Below are positions 18,101 to 27,935 of a stretch of DNA of 64,000 bases, in pieces. A program made the translations under genes and the position numbers. The stretch's first letter is position 1. Each line of letters starts with the position of its first letter. The stretch covers positions 11,371 through 75,370 of the IMG/VR virus record IMGVR_UViG_3300042516_004698. One strand, given 5' to 3'. Below the pieces are notes generated by a model. The model was not told the origin of the DNA and did not search any database. It was given only the letters and a program-made list of their open reading frames with translations. Source of the DNA: a virus.

Positions 18101-18738
18101 ACGCGCAAATCCAAAAGATTGTTGCTACTACAGAGTTCTCTCGCAACGTTAACGACCAAGGCGGGTTTAGAGATAACGGCGGCGGCGCAAAAGCTGAAGA
18201 GGTAGCGGGTAGAGCGGGTAGACAAACGGCTTTTGAAAAAGCTGTGAAAGAAGACCGCGTTAAAGGCAGTATGGCTGATTTAGTTAGGCGCCAACAAAAG
18301 GGCGAAAAGCTTAGTGACGAAGAAAAAAAAGCGCTAAAAGATTTTTACTCGTCTGAAGACAAATTTGATGCGGGACTGAAAAAAGAAGATTCAGGCAAAG
18401 CCGGCGACGCGTCATCAGAAATAACACGCACGCAAATTAAAAAAGAAGCTCAAGCGTTAACCGACAAAGCCACTTCCGCCGCTGACCCGACGGGGATAGG
18501 CGCGGCTGTGTCATCAGCTATCGGGCCGGCAATAGCTGACGCGTTTAAGACAGCTATTTCTGAGCTCGCTAAGCTGGCCGGGCCCGGCAAAGAACTAGTA
18601 GTAACAGGTTCGCTCTCGCTTGTCGGCCTCGACAAGGTAATAGCCGACCTGACAGGTAAACCACAAGTAGAAGCCACTCCCGCAGGTCCGCCTACGGTCG
18701 CGCCGGGCAATTCGCGCTTTGGCGCTACACAGATGTAA
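15199..18738 (+). CDS. Tape measure protein
   Basis: 1179 aa, Ala/Gly/Met/Gln-rich and helical; follows the G/GT pair. Confidence 0.85.
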   Translation: MSQFGIPGYATQPQISGMPGPNYAPFGQMGNPGLDMMLSTFAAPMLQTFMGGKFLPQQFPAQGLLDQMVSAKWQQASRANLGQAQSVDQQAIYRKMVGMRSQFTDKPMTELQESHLNTFASVVSNPAAMGMFEMALGAQNTEDLFFGRRGSATRLASAVNRIGFSRSDSITGKDRMSEDSLKAFSSDIYSNLYGPDADLNDVSGFSAGRVGDIMTDLAQRKLLPASMSKLTARERRTAFQEAGGASMTFSENAADDQAIKNAMGRGESIENITKLTGGAEAVRKVDATRVSNSIKGYTDALGAVREIFGDNGMTNAPMQQLLAAMEGLTQNSMSSMSPGKIENVMRRTQMASRDAGVSLEALMGLSARGGALAQQYGLAPELASGSVITAMEQSKAMEDTGRFTPAFGRMDPNKAALTVLDQSMRADASPVGRYLAVASRLMAESGGKGKFAGSNMAKMVEAMQRGETSYYDETEKRSVNIYEEFGRDPDKIMRRMLQETGTSVDRFGALYRDKNTQEFQIAGAARSAQAEGLKSKLGGYLASQTGIAERIGGGLDEAQRGALSQQIGKGLSTALIDDVNHTMDPQERLAVLKNAFNQSAINYARQHLGEGASADEVMAYAQTISKTGKDNIMGFKTDEDLEEFLSTRQANAGTFTDRKYGQNIEAMRQTYNARTLAEGQNRTRRNINRAGMSDRMRLDDGSNLFQRFSDMLGGKGSGTALEQVLGAIDSKDMQAKLMEGVTGGKAGLEAAFDDIKTAYSAGTVDTEKEKNDLIASTTNSNFSKVAEQFTGTDAEKEFKNKTRYMKDAEVAKALDKATNTNNIKDVVAIYKRYNQDLSQAEAEAIFADPAKRQQAMAQLSQIDGIQAEFEKRGIKTEIGADVMTQAQLTRITKNTDAFGKDVDRNRVTGLMKLAEGWDKGDAKGKNVLAAYGVTKDDAALTKAMDAFMDKSGNIDAVSARLKQLGIDDAQIQKIVATTEFSRNVNDQGGFRDNGGGAKAEEVAGRAGRQTAFEKAVKEDRVKGSMADLVRRQQKGEKLSDEEKKALKDFYSSEDKFDAGLKKEDSGKAGDASSEITRTQIKKEAQALTDKATSAADPTGIGAAVSSAIGPAIADAFKTAISELAKLAGPGKELVVTGSLSLVGLDKVIADLTGKPQVEATPAGPPTVAPGNSRFGATQM

Positions 18739-18752
18739 TACGGAACTCAACT

Positions 18753-19460
18753 ATGTCAATATTTGGAAGCGACAGCGCGGGAAGCGTAGTTCGCGTCACG
18801 GCAAACCCGGACGTCAACGACGTTATTGTTATACGTGTCGACAACTTCGAAGATAGCGCAATGTTCAATGTGCCGGTTACAGGCTACACGCTCGAGTTAA
18901 GCACAAATCATCAATTTTTACACACGCTTGATGAGTTTATTTACGCGTTTGCGTTTGGCGACCGAATCGGCGAGCTGACGCTCACGGGCATCGCGTTTAC
19001 TGCTCCCGCGTGCTCGGCGGCCGGCGCCGGCGGTTTTGCGCAAAGAAATATAACGGACGAGGTAAAACAGGAAAATGTTTACGAGTTTTACTTAGCCAAC
19101 AAATTCTCGCGGTCATTGCGCCCGACCAAAATTCAAATTGGCGGCAGTAAAGTGCAGCTTGTCGGGTTTTTAACTGGTATGCGTATGGAGGTACCCAACC
19201 CGCAGTTGCCTATCATGCAGTGGGCTTTGCGCTTCAATGTCGTCGTAGACCCGGGCGGCACTGCAACGACAGCTAGTTCGGGGGGCGGGGGAGGTGGAAC
19301 TGGCCGCAGCGGGGGCACCGGCGGCAACACGCGCCCCGGCCCGGGTCAAGGCCGGTTAAACCCGAACAACCCATCCGGCTGGGACGTGGTTGACGATTTT
19401 CTTGATACGTTTGTTAATACGGCAACTGGCGTACTTACTGACACGTTTTTAGGCGACTAA
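18753..19460 (+). CDS. Tube-initiator/baseplate tube-like protein
   Basis: IYAFAFGDRIGELTLTG motif; position after the tape measure. Confidence 0.55.
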   Translation: MSIFGSDSAGSVVRVTANPDVNDVIVIRVDNFEDSAMFNVPVTGYTLELSTNHQFLHTLDEFIYAFAFGDRIGELTLTGIAFTAPACSAAGAGGFAQRNITDEVKQENVYEFYLANKFSRSLRPTKIQIGGSKVQLVGFLTGMRMEVPNPQLPIMQWALRFNVVVDPGGTATTASSGGGGGGTGRSGGTGGNTRPGPGQGRLNPNNPSGWDVVDDFLDTFVNTATGVLTDTFLGD

Positions 19461-20452
19461 TGATAAACCACGCACGCACATTACTACTAAACGTCGACTC
19501 GCGCACATACATGCCCGATGTGCTCGGGGAAGAGTACATACCGGCCTATCAGGCGGCTGCGCTGCCAACGTATCTAACCACTGCGCGCAAACTGCTGCTT
19601 GGATCTGCGCCTGACCGCGTGTTCCTAAACTTTCGTACGCAAGAGCTGTTGAGCTTTATTCATCGCACAGAGCTAGCCGAATTTGTGTACGCGCTTGATC
19701 CACGTGTGACGTATTGGCCAAAACCGCAGTCTGAATTTTTTCGCGCGAAGACGACAATCACAACGCTAAAGACAGTTGGAACAGACGAGTCGCGGCTGTA
19801 CATAAACGGCGTGCTCAAACCAGACAACAGCAAAGGGCGCGCGTTTAAAGAATACACCGTAAAACTCATCAATAATACGACAGCGTCCGCAACTGTCGAA
19901 ATAGTTAGCGATAACGGCGCCGCTGTTGATACGCAAATAATAGAGTGGCTAGCTACGACTCCGGATACCGCCGGCGCCGACGTAACGTTTACGGGTATGT
20001 CTAATCAAATTGCGTTACCTAATACTGAGCTTACGCTGCAGCTGGTGGCCGGGAATCTCAACTTGAACATATTGGCGTTTGAAGATTTTGTAAACACAGT
20101 TGCAGAGACCGGGCTTGTATTCAGCAACATAGCTTTAGAAAAAGGTGTAGACCCAATGGCGCTACGCGCCGCCCCGCCCGTGTTAAAAGTAGTTGAAGAT
20201 CGTGTCGTGCTGGCTGAGTGGCTGCTGCAACTTTACGCAAAACCTGACAGCGCGATATCTGCTTGCCTGCCTCGTCTAGACTTTCTAGGCGAGCCGTTTT
20301 ATCTTGAGCTATTCGGCGTGGGTAATACAGTTGAGCCGTACGCTACGTTTAAAAATATTTGGTTCAACCACCCAAGCGCCGCGTATCGCCTTGCGGTGTT
20401 TACGTTAGCCGTAATCTACCGTACAAACGAGCTGAGGTTACAAAATGGCTAA
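19460..20452 (+). CDS. Hypothetical baseplate-region protein
   Basis: Translationally coupled to its neighbours (TAATG overlap). Confidence 0.45.
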   Translation: MINHARTLLLNVDSRTYMPDVLGEEYIPAYQAAALPTYLTTARKLLLGSAPDRVFLNFRTQELLSFIHRTELAEFVYALDPRVTYWPKPQSEFFRAKTTITTLKTVGTDESRLYINGVLKPDNSKGRAFKEYTVKLINNTTASATVEIVSDNGAAVDTQIIEWLATTPDTAGADVTFTGMSNQIALPNTELTLQLVAGNLNLNILAFEDFVNTVAETGLVFSNIALEKGVDPMALRAAPPVLKVVEDRVVLAEWLLQLYAKPDSAISACLPRLDFLGEPFYLELFGVGNTVEPYATFKNIWFNHPSAAYRLAVFTLAVIYRTNELRLQNG

Positions 20453-22175
20453 AGAACCGTACGTATCAGCAAAATTCAAAGTCTGGGCGATATTTACAAC
20501 CGACTCCGGCGAGATTGTGTTTAACGACGTTGTAGCCGTTTCGGCTTCTTTTGCCTTAAACACAATCCCTACGGCGTCGCTTGTGGTCGCGGTTGGAACG
20601 AATGCTATTACAAACGAGCCGGCCACTATTCACGCAGCGCAATCACGCATTAAACCGCGCGACAAGGTTATTGTTAAGTTGCAGGTTACGCACGGCGCTG
20701 GGGACAACACAAAATTTCCAAACGGCACGTACACAATATTTGACGGATTTTTTGTCGGTATCGGCTACCAACGATCACACAATCAAGCCAATTTTGTGCT
20801 GAACCTAACGCACTGGCTCGATGATTTGAATAATTCGTCAGCCGTTAACGGTAACTGGTTTCCGAGCGTTCCGTTTGATTACGCGCAATCGGCTGTGTAC
20901 GACAAAATCGCTAGCGCAGACGCATACGCCCCGAACCCGACAGTTGCAGCAGATTTTGCAACGCCGGAGTTTGTGCAAGAAGATTTGTGGGAGAGCGTGA
21001 TAAAAAAACTGTTCGTCCGTCTTGCTGGTATGTCTGGCGGGTTGGTCGCAGAATCGAACCGCAATGCTGTTACAAATTCTGCCGCATTAGCCGCGCTTGA
21101 CCGCATGCCCGGTGACGGTATCGCGTACTACAAAAAACTGGGGTTTAAAATAAAAGCGATCGGCGGAGAAAATCTAGCTGATTCTTTCGGCAAATATTTT
21201 ACCAAAACCATCGGGACGTCGTTTGCGCAAAATACATTTTGGGCAAAACTAGTGGCTGAGTACTCCTCACAGTTCTTTTTCTCTGTTTCGCCAGCCGTTA
21301 GTTGGGCGATGCCTATTCCGTTCTGCGCCGGTTTACGCTGGGCCGCCGGCGGGAAAGAAATTAAATCAGATGAATACAATTACGCCAACTTTAACGCAAA
21401 CACGCCACAGCTGATACGCTCGGTAGAGATCGCGTATGCTGCCACGGAAATGAACGGCTTGCCGATGCCCCCACCTAACGATGACGACGTCGATCCGCCG
21501 CGTTCTTTTTTCTACCCGTGCGGTATATACCCGCCAGCTACAGCCGATGCGCGAGGCAGAAAACAACCGGACAGGGGGCTGCGTCTATTTAAAATGCCGC
21601 CAAACTGGGCGGAGAATATCGACGGCAGCTCATTAGTGGCGCTGTCGGGGACGACTGACGCCGCCGCTACAACGGACTCCGGCGGTGATGACGCGGGTAA
21701 AAGCCGCCCAGCTGGCGTAAAGAGCGCGTCGGCCGCAGCAGACGCGACCTTGCCGTCTGTGCATCTATTCGCGCAACACTGGTATGTAACGGAGGTGTTG
21801 CAGCAGAGGTACGGTGAGTTGTCAGGAGCGCTGCGGTTTGACATCGCGCCCGGCAGCATCGTTAAAATTAGAACCCCTGCCCGCGATACAGCGCTAAACA
21901 ACCCAACCGCTGATCCGGATGAAGAGCATGTTGTGGCGTCAGTTATATCAGTGTCATACGTTATTAACGCAGAACGGGCTACCGCCGGTACATCGTTTGC
22001 AATAGCGCACACTAAAATAAAGAGCGAGTTGCAGCCAGACTCTATTTATGCCGTAGACACGCCGCCGTTGTATAAAGAAGCGTGGCACGGCGGCCCGCTT
22101 GCAGTCATGGACACGGCGCCCGCAGGTGTCGGTGACACTAATGTAAGCATTCCAGACAGCACAACGATAGTCTGA
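20445..22175 (+). CDS. Baseplate hub protein (gp27/gpD-like)
   Basis: TIFDGFFVG near the N-terminus; GALRFDIAPGSIVKI...VISVSYVI at the C-terminus. Confidence 0.65.
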   Translation: MAKEPYVSAKFKVWAIFTTDSGEIVFNDVVAVSASFALNTIPTASLVVAVGTNAITNEPATIHAAQSRIKPRDKVIVKLQVTHGAGDNTKFPNGTYTIFDGFFVGIGYQRSHNQANFVLNLTHWLDDLNNSSAVNGNWFPSVPFDYAQSAVYDKIASADAYAPNPTVAADFATPEFVQEDLWESVIKKLFVRLAGMSGGLVAESNRNAVTNSAALAALDRMPGDGIAYYKKLGFKIKAIGGENLADSFGKYFTKTIGTSFAQNTFWAKLVAEYSSQFFFSVSPAVSWAMPIPFCAGLRWAAGGKEIKSDEYNYANFNANTPQLIRSVEIAYAATEMNGLPMPPPNDDDVDPPRSFFYPCGIYPPATADARGRKQPDRGLRLFKMPPNWAENIDGSSLVALSGTTDAAATTDSGGDDAGKSRPAGVKSASAAADATLPSVHLFAQHWYVTEVLQQRYGELSGALRFDIAPGSIVKIRTPARDTALNNPTADPDEEHVVASVISVSYVINAERATAGTSFAIAHTKIKSELQPDSIYAVDTPPLYKEAWHGGPLAVMDTAPAGVGDTNVSIPDSTTIV

Positions 22176-22183
22176 GGTCAATA

Positions 22184-22978
22184 ATGGCAGCACAACAAAA
22201 GCAAATTACGTCAATCCTCGGCGATACGCCAGCGCCGTTTTCGCAGCAGCACCACACCGGGGTGGAGAATGATTTTGCTAGCACACACCAGATGTGGCAA
22301 AAAAATCAAACACCCGCTATGAACACAAAGATGCTCGCGGCTATACAACCTACTATCGATACGGCTGTATCTAGCTACGTCGGTCAAAATCCGTCGGCGG
22401 CGCTCAAAACACGAGCAAAACTGATGGCGCTGAAAGCCATGCAAAACTTTGATCCTGCGCGTGGCAATGTACGTACGCACTTACTTTCGCAGATGCAGAG
22501 TTTGCGCAGATTATCAGCACAAGAGCAAAACATTATCGGTGTACCTGAGCAGGTCGGCCTAGACTACCAACACTTGGCCGAAGCTGAACGCGAATTGCAG
22601 GACAGCCTAAGCCGCGATCCGTCAGACGATGAAATAGCAAACGCCACAGGTCTGTCAGTACGCCGTATCAATAAAATACGCGCGTTTCATAAGCCGATTG
22701 CCGAGGGATCCACGATTATTGAGAACGAGGATGACTATTCAGACGGCGGAGTAGCGAGTAAAGTGCCGGGCCAAACAAATGCGCAAGATGCGTGGATGGA
22801 TTTTGTGTACGGTGACTTAACGCCAACAAATAAGCTAATTATGGACATGTCGCTTGGCCGCAATGGGCGCCGCAAGGCAAGCGTACAAGAGATAGCGCAA
22901 CGGCTCAATGTCACGCCGGGCGCAGTCAGTCAGCGGGCGGCAAAAATTCAAGCAATGCTAAACAAAAACGCACTTTAG
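22184..22978 (+). CDS. Sigma-70-family RNA polymerase sigma factor
   Basis: Region 2 LKAMQNFDPARG; region 3 LSRDPSDDEIANATGLS; region 4 HTH SVQEIAQRLNVTPGAVSQR. Confidence 0.85.
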   Translation: MAAQQKQITSILGDTPAPFSQQHHTGVENDFASTHQMWQKNQTPAMNTKMLAAIQPTIDTAVSSYVGQNPSAALKTRAKLMALKAMQNFDPARGNVRTHLLSQMQSLRRLSAQEQNIIGVPEQVGLDYQHLAEAERELQDSLSRDPSDDEIANATGLSVRRINKIRAFHKPIAEGSTIIENEDDYSDGGVASKVPGQTNAQDAWMDFVYGDLTPTNKLIMDMSLGRNGRRKASVQEIAQRLNVTPGAVSQRAAKIQAMLNKNAL

Positions 22979-22986
22979 GAATAAAC

Positions 22987-23490
22987 ATGGGACACGGCGT
23001 AGTAAAAAGTAAGCTGATCGATTCGTTTAAGCAGCGCATTGCCGACTTAGAAAACAAAGCGCGCGAACAGAGCGATTATTTCCGCAGGCACGGGACTACG
23101 CGTCCATGGCACACGCCAGACGCGATGGCCGACCGCGATCTTCTAGACGTACCGGCGCTGCACGAACCTGCATGGAACCGCGACGACGCTAACAGAATTT
23201 ATGCTCAGGACGTGTTGGCAGCTACAGCAGAGAATAAAGCCGGAACGCAAGGCGACATTATTGCATTAAAGCGCCAAATTGACTTTATGGCTGCAGAAGA
23301 ACGTGCGTGGCGCGCGCGGCACGCGTCGTTTGCGCGGTGTGCGGCGCACGCCCACGGGCGGTTAGACGGCCACGGGGCGCCAAACGCGGGCGTATTTTCA
23401 CGCGTACAGACTGCCGCCGATAACGCGCGGCTGCGCGGTCAATCTTCAAGGCGCGTCGATCCGAGCTTGTCCGCCGAATACGTCGCGTAG
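22987..23490 (+). CDS. Hypothetical protein
   Basis: SD AGGA; lies within the operon. Confidence 0.5.
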   Translation: MGHGVVKSKLIDSFKQRIADLENKAREQSDYFRRHGTTRPWHTPDAMADRDLLDVPALHEPAWNRDDANRIYAQDVLAATAENKAGTQGDIIALKRQIDFMAAEERAWRARHASFARCAAHAHGRLDGHGAPNAGVFSRVQTAADNARLRGQSSRRVDPSLSAEYVA

Positions 23491-23500
23491 TGAGGGAAAC

Positions 23501-23980
23501 ATGGCACTAATCGATTACGCAAACCGCAAATACGACTTTTTAGCGTTGCAGAATATCCGGCCGTTCAACGAGACGTTGCTTGGATTAGAACTAGCAACAC
23601 CAAAAAATAGCGGGCAAATAGCAACCGGACCGCAGAAACTTGTCCAGCGCTGGTTACTTGAATTTTTAACTGAGCTCGGCTCCATGCCCGGCCTGCCAAA
23701 CCGCGGCACGAACTTTATGACGCTCGTACGGCAGGGCCGATTAAGGACAGAAACTGCAGTGTTGTCGGCATTTAATTTTGCTGCCTATGACGCGCGCGTG
23801 AATCTTATCAAAGAAGAAGACGACACGTGGGTCGACGACGAGCGTATCGGCTCGGCCGACTTGCTTTCAATAGCGTTTCTTCCCGGATACGCGCAAATAA
23901 AGTTTACGCTATCGAGCCGAGCCGGCTCCACACGAGCTATAATCTTACCAGTGGCTACATTACCCAAAAACTTGACGTGA
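23501..23980 (+). CDS. Baseplate wedge/sheath initiator (gp25/gp46-like)
   Basis: TGPQKLVQRWLLEFLTELGS..P.RGT and DDERI motifs; precedes the J-like gene. Confidence 0.7.
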   Translation: MALIDYANRKYDFLALQNIRPFNETLLGLELATPKNSGQIATGPQKLVQRWLLEFLTELGSMPGLPNRGTNFMTLVRQGRLRTETAVLSAFNFAAYDARVNLIKEEDDTWVDDERIGSADLLSIAFLPGYAQIKFTLSSRAGSTRAIILPVATLPKNLT

Positions 23981-23984
23981 TATT

Positions 23985-25664
23985 ATGAGCCTACAGATAA
24001 CGAGTTTTACCGAGTTAGATAACACGCGTGTGCAGGAATTATTAACGCTGTTTTCTACATGGATGAAAGAGCGGCACCCAGAGGTAGAGCTGTCACGCGG
24101 CGTATTTCACGACCTTGTGCTGTACTTTAACAGCGTGCTGAACGCGGCTGTACAAGAGAACATAAGCCGCGTTATGCAAAGCAACAGCTTATTGGCTATC
24201 ACGCAGAACCCGAGCCTGTCTGATAGCACGCTTGTCGACAAGGTTTTGTCTAATTTCAACCTGACCCGTGAAACAGGCACAAGCGCCACCGGCGAGGTAG
24301 TCGTTATTGTTAATCAAGCTGTCCCCACGCAGATTAGCCTAAACACAAAACTTGTTGCAAACGGTGTTACCTTTTATCCGGCGCGCACGTTCGTCGGCAT
24401 TCCTCCCGGGCAAGACGCCACGGCAACAAACGCCCGCGCGATGGTTGCCGGCGGCAACGGCACTTACGCGTTTAAGATAACCGTTTTCGCAGATAGTGCT
24501 GGAACAGCCGGCAATATTCCGCGCGGTACAAAGCTCATTCCTGACGTCGTACCGAGCAACGTAGCCGACACATACGCTGCTGCTGACTTCACTAAGGGCG
24601 TAGATCCGCCGACAAACGCGGAATATATCACAAAACTACCTGACGGACTTTCAGCTAAAACAATTGGCGGCAAAAAGGCGTTCACAGCCCTTATCCGCGC
24701 CCAGCCAGATTTCCAAAACATTCGCCATTTGTCTGTCGTCGGTTTTGGCGACGCGGAACAGATGCGAGACCAGCACGGTTTATTCCCGGTCTCTGGCGGC
24801 GGGCGAGTGGATATCTACACGCAGACGCACGAAATAGCGCAGCACACCGATAACTTTTTAACCGCTACGTATATTGGCCCTGCCGCTCCCGGCGATCAAA
24901 CAGCCGGAACAGTCTGGCAAATCGCTATAGACCGCGATCAGGCGCCGGGTTTTTACGCTATCACACGTATTGCCAAAATTAATGATACGCAAAACTCGGG
25001 TTATGCGATCAGAACAGCTGTACCCGGTTATAGGCTAGCTGCAGCTACGGGCGCAGCGGTCAGCGACTATCTTCCAGACATCCAAACGCTGGAGGAAAGC
25101 GCGTTTACCCGGTACAAAACACTGACTGTACAGTTTGTTGACGTAGACACCATGCCGGGCAGTCTTGTGCCGCGGCAAAGCACTGTTGACTACAGCGTCA
25201 CAACAGTTGGCATGCCGTTGATTGGGCAGCTACAGGATTTTCTTGCCAGCAAAGACATCCGATGCCGCACAGCTGACGTGCTCGTAAAGGCAGCTATCCC
25301 GTGCTTTACTAGTATTGCGTTCAAAATCAGGCGGGCAGCTAACGAAGTAAACCCCGATTTTGCGGCTATCAAAGAAGCCATTGTGACAGCTATTTCCAAG
25401 ATAGGCTTTGCTGGGCAGTTGTCTGCTTCTGTAATTAGCAGTGTCGCGCATCAGTTTCTGACGGGTACGCAGTCTGTCGGCAGTATAGACATGTTCGGGA
25501 AAATTCTGCGGCCGGATGGGCAAGTTGTGTACATTCGCGATGGCGCGCGCATTGTTGTGCCTGACGATCCGACGCACATGGTCAGCGCGAAGACAGTTGT
25601 ATTTCTGACCTCCGTAGACGACATCGAAATTGCGCCCGAAATCATATCGAGTTACGGCGACTGA
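23985..25664 (+). CDS. Baseplate J/gp47-like wedge protein
   Basis: RETGTSATGEV, AGTAGNIPRG, FTKGVD, GGRVDIY motifs. Confidence 0.8.
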   Translation: MSLQITSFTELDNTRVQELLTLFSTWMKERHPEVELSRGVFHDLVLYFNSVLNAAVQENISRVMQSNSLLAITQNPSLSDSTLVDKVLSNFNLTRETGTSATGEVVVIVNQAVPTQISLNTKLVANGVTFYPARTFVGIPPGQDATATNARAMVAGGNGTYAFKITVFADSAGTAGNIPRGTKLIPDVVPSNVADTYAAADFTKGVDPPTNAEYITKLPDGLSAKTIGGKKAFTALIRAQPDFQNIRHLSVVGFGDAEQMRDQHGLFPVSGGGRVDIYTQTHEIAQHTDNFLTATYIGPAAPGDQTAGTVWQIAIDRDQAPGFYAITRIAKINDTQNSGYAIRTAVPGYRLAAATGAAVSDYLPDIQTLEESAFTRYKTLTVQFVDVDTMPGSLVPRQSTVDYSVTTVGMPLIGQLQDFLASKDIRCRTADVLVKAAIPCFTSIAFKIRRAANEVNPDFAAIKEAIVTAISKIGFAGQLSASVISSVAHQFLTGTQSVGSIDMFGKILRPDGQVVYIRDGARIVVPDDPTHMVSAKTVVFLTSVDDIEIAPEIISSYGD

Positions 25665-25676
25665 CTGGCGGCATAA

Positions 25677-27263
25677 ATGCAAAAATTCACTTACCCACAA
25701 TCAGACCTAGACAACGGCACAGCTTTGCTTCGTGTGCTTGGTAGTTTCTGGGCTAGCACGTTCACAGGCCGCGATCAGCTGCGGTCGTACACTACGGGCA
25801 TAGCTACAGGTGCCGAGCAAATTCAGCGGAATTTGCTGGAAACTGTGGCGGCATTGAGCCGGTTTGAGATACCAATATTTCATACCGAAAATTGGTATCC
25901 GATTGTTCTACGAAAAAGCCAAGTCAATTTAACCTCCGCTAATAACTACAAATTTGACACTGACAACCTGCAATTTGGTACTGGCCCGGCTATAACATTT
26001 AACGCGCTAGCCAGCCGTGATTTTTACGCGTTCGCGGCCCCGGCACGATTAGTCGACGCTGCGCACATATTTGATAGGCTGCTGTTTCCGACATTCGCGC
26101 TCATTGGCGGCGTAGACTTTTTAGTTGACACGGAAAATCAGGTTATTGTTTTCACGCAAAATCCGTTCGATAATGAAAACGTTGTTCGGTATCCGGTGTA
26201 CGTAGACGACGTGCTTACGGACGAAGAGATTACGCTGTGGGCGTTCAAAGCTGATTTTGACTATCAGTACGTATTCAGACAATTTGCGTACGCGCTCGGC
26301 ATTCAGCTTAAAAGCGCAGAAACCAGCAAAGCATTCGTTAACGCGATATTTGACGGACTACTTGCCGGTGGCGCATCAGCCGGCGTATTTGAAGCTGCGC
26401 TGTCGGCCGTTCTCGATGTGCCGCTCGTTAAAGAAGACGGCGAGGTGGTCGAGGTAGTGGAGCTCGACGGTAGAGGTTTACTTATCGTCACTAGTAAGCA
26501 CGTATACCGGTTTTCGAGGTCCGCGTTAGCGTTAGTCACTGTCGGCCAAGAGGTAAACGCCGGTGATCGCCTTGTTGACGTGCTCGAGATTATCGACCTC
26601 AATCGCGGCGAGGTGCCAGATAATTTAACGGCGCTCGCGCTGGATCAGGGTCTCACGGCAGCCTGTTACTACAGCGACCTGATCTTCGAGAATCGCGACG
26701 TGCCGCTGCGTGTCGACTCATCACACCCTAGCGGCTATACGTACGTCGACTTTCCGCTCGCCGGGTTCCCAGCCGACGTCAGGCATTTTTTTGACGAAAT
26801 GCATATACGAGGGATCGCGCAAATTCAGCCCCCGCCGCCCGAGTGCGACACGACGAGTAAACGCAAAACAGGCACGCTAGCGCGTATTCTTGACCGGCGC
26901 ACAAAACCAATAGACGAGCCAGTAGCGGACGACCTGCCGGCTACGATAAATCCGCTCAAGTTTTTGGCGGCAAATGTGCTCAGGAATCACACATTTATTG
27001 CAATTATCCGCGTATCCGGATTGGGGGAAAATCACTTAGGACTGTACAATATTCGTCATATCCGGCAATTGCTGCCACCGTATGCCGGTGTGTTCATCCT
27101 GTATAATTTAGACGGCAAAAGCGACGTTATTTCCGGCGAATTTGACGTACAGGCCACCGTAACTCAATTTAAAGGCGCCGAACCGCTTTCAGACAGCGTA
27201 GCTTCCGAACTCGTAAGCGATCGCGGCGTTATCGTCCGCACAATATCCGGTACCTGCCAATAG
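25677..27263 (+). CDS. Baseplate wedge protein (gpI/gp48-like)
   Basis: Follows the J-like gene; C-terminal IRQLLPPYA motif. Confidence 0.55.
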   Translation: MQKFTYPQSDLDNGTALLRVLGSFWASTFTGRDQLRSYTTGIATGAEQIQRNLLETVAALSRFEIPIFHTENWYPIVLRKSQVNLTSANNYKFDTDNLQFGTGPAITFNALASRDFYAFAAPARLVDAAHIFDRLLFPTFALIGGVDFLVDTENQVIVFTQNPFDNENVVRYPVYVDDVLTDEEITLWAFKADFDYQYVFRQFAYALGIQLKSAETSKAFVNAIFDGLLAGGASAGVFEAALSAVLDVPLVKEDGEVVEVVELDGRGLLIVTSKHVYRFSRSALALVTVGQEVNAGDRLVDVLEIIDLNRGEVPDNLTALALDQGLTAACYYSDLIFENRDVPLRVDSSHPSGYTYVDFPLAGFPADVRHFFDEMHIRGIAQIQPPPPECDTTSKRKTGTLARILDRRTKPIDEPVADDLPATINPLKFLAANVLRNHTFIAIIRVSGLGENHLGLYNIRHIRQLLPPYAGVFILYNLDGKSDVISGEFDVQATVTQFKGAEPLSDSVASELVSDRGVIVRTISGTCQ

Positions 27264-27272
27264 GAATTTGTT

Positions 27273-27908
27273 ATGCCAGCCGACTCAGTTAACGCAAACG
27301 GTTCCGGTATTCGGGGGCACGTCACGGTATGGCGTATCGACGAAAAGACGGGCATCCGTACGCCGATCGCCGAAAAAGCCAACCAAATTCAAGTCAGCTG
27401 GGGGCATATCGCCGCAAAGCAGCTCGGCTTCCGGCACCAGCCGGATCGCCCCGATTACTTTATCTCCGGCATGTACTTCGAGTACGAAAACCAGTTTAAC
27501 CCTGAGCAGAACGTTACGGTAACCAGTTTTGACCGCACGCTTGGACTGCCTTACTACAACTCACTGGCGTCGAACCAGCTTCGTGATTTCCTGCGCGTAC
27601 CGTTGCGGCTTGAGCCGTCGCTGTCTGTCGCTGGCTCAAGCCTCGGCGCGGCGGTGTTAACGGCGGCTGCGCAAAGCAATCAGCTGACGTTTTTTGCGCA
27701 AACGGCCGGGAGCGCCGGCGTGCACGGAAAACAGTTTAGTCATCTTGCCAACAGTAAAGTGTATTCGGCCGCTCTTGTCGCCATGCCTGTGTTTGACGAC
27801 CGCACCCGCGACGTAATTTTTGCGCGGATTAATTTCGGCACCAGCGATCAAACGGCTAAAGAGGCGTCATCGCAAATTGGCATTACGTGGGACATCGTAT
27901 TTGAATAA
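27273..27908 (+). CDS. Tail-fibre attachment/collar-like protein
   Basis: IFARINF...KEASSQIGITWDIVF C-terminus typical of fibre-anchor domains. Confidence 0.6.
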   Translation: MPADSVNANGSGIRGHVTVWRIDEKTGIRTPIAEKANQIQVSWGHIAAKQLGFRHQPDRPDYFISGMYFEYENQFNPEQNVTVTSFDRTLGLPYYNSLASNQLRDFLRVPLRLEPSLSVAGSSLGAAVLTAAAQSNQLTFFAQTAGSAGVHGKQFSHLANSKVYSAALVAMPVFDDRTRDVIFARINFGTSDQTAKEASSQIGITWDIVFE

Positions 27909-27921
27909 TTAACGCCGCGGA

Positions 27922-27935
27922 GGACAAGGATGTCC
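27922..27935 (+). promoter_or_regulatory. CsrA/Rsm-type binding hairpin overlapping the start codon
   Basis: GGAC-AAGGAT-GTCC contains ACAAGGATGT; ATG 27930 lies in the loop and 3' stem. Confidence 0.7.

Noticed and set aside
7201-27908. Extracellular contractile injection system or tailocin
   Set aside because: Capsid, neck, terminase and tRNA genes show this is a complete phage.
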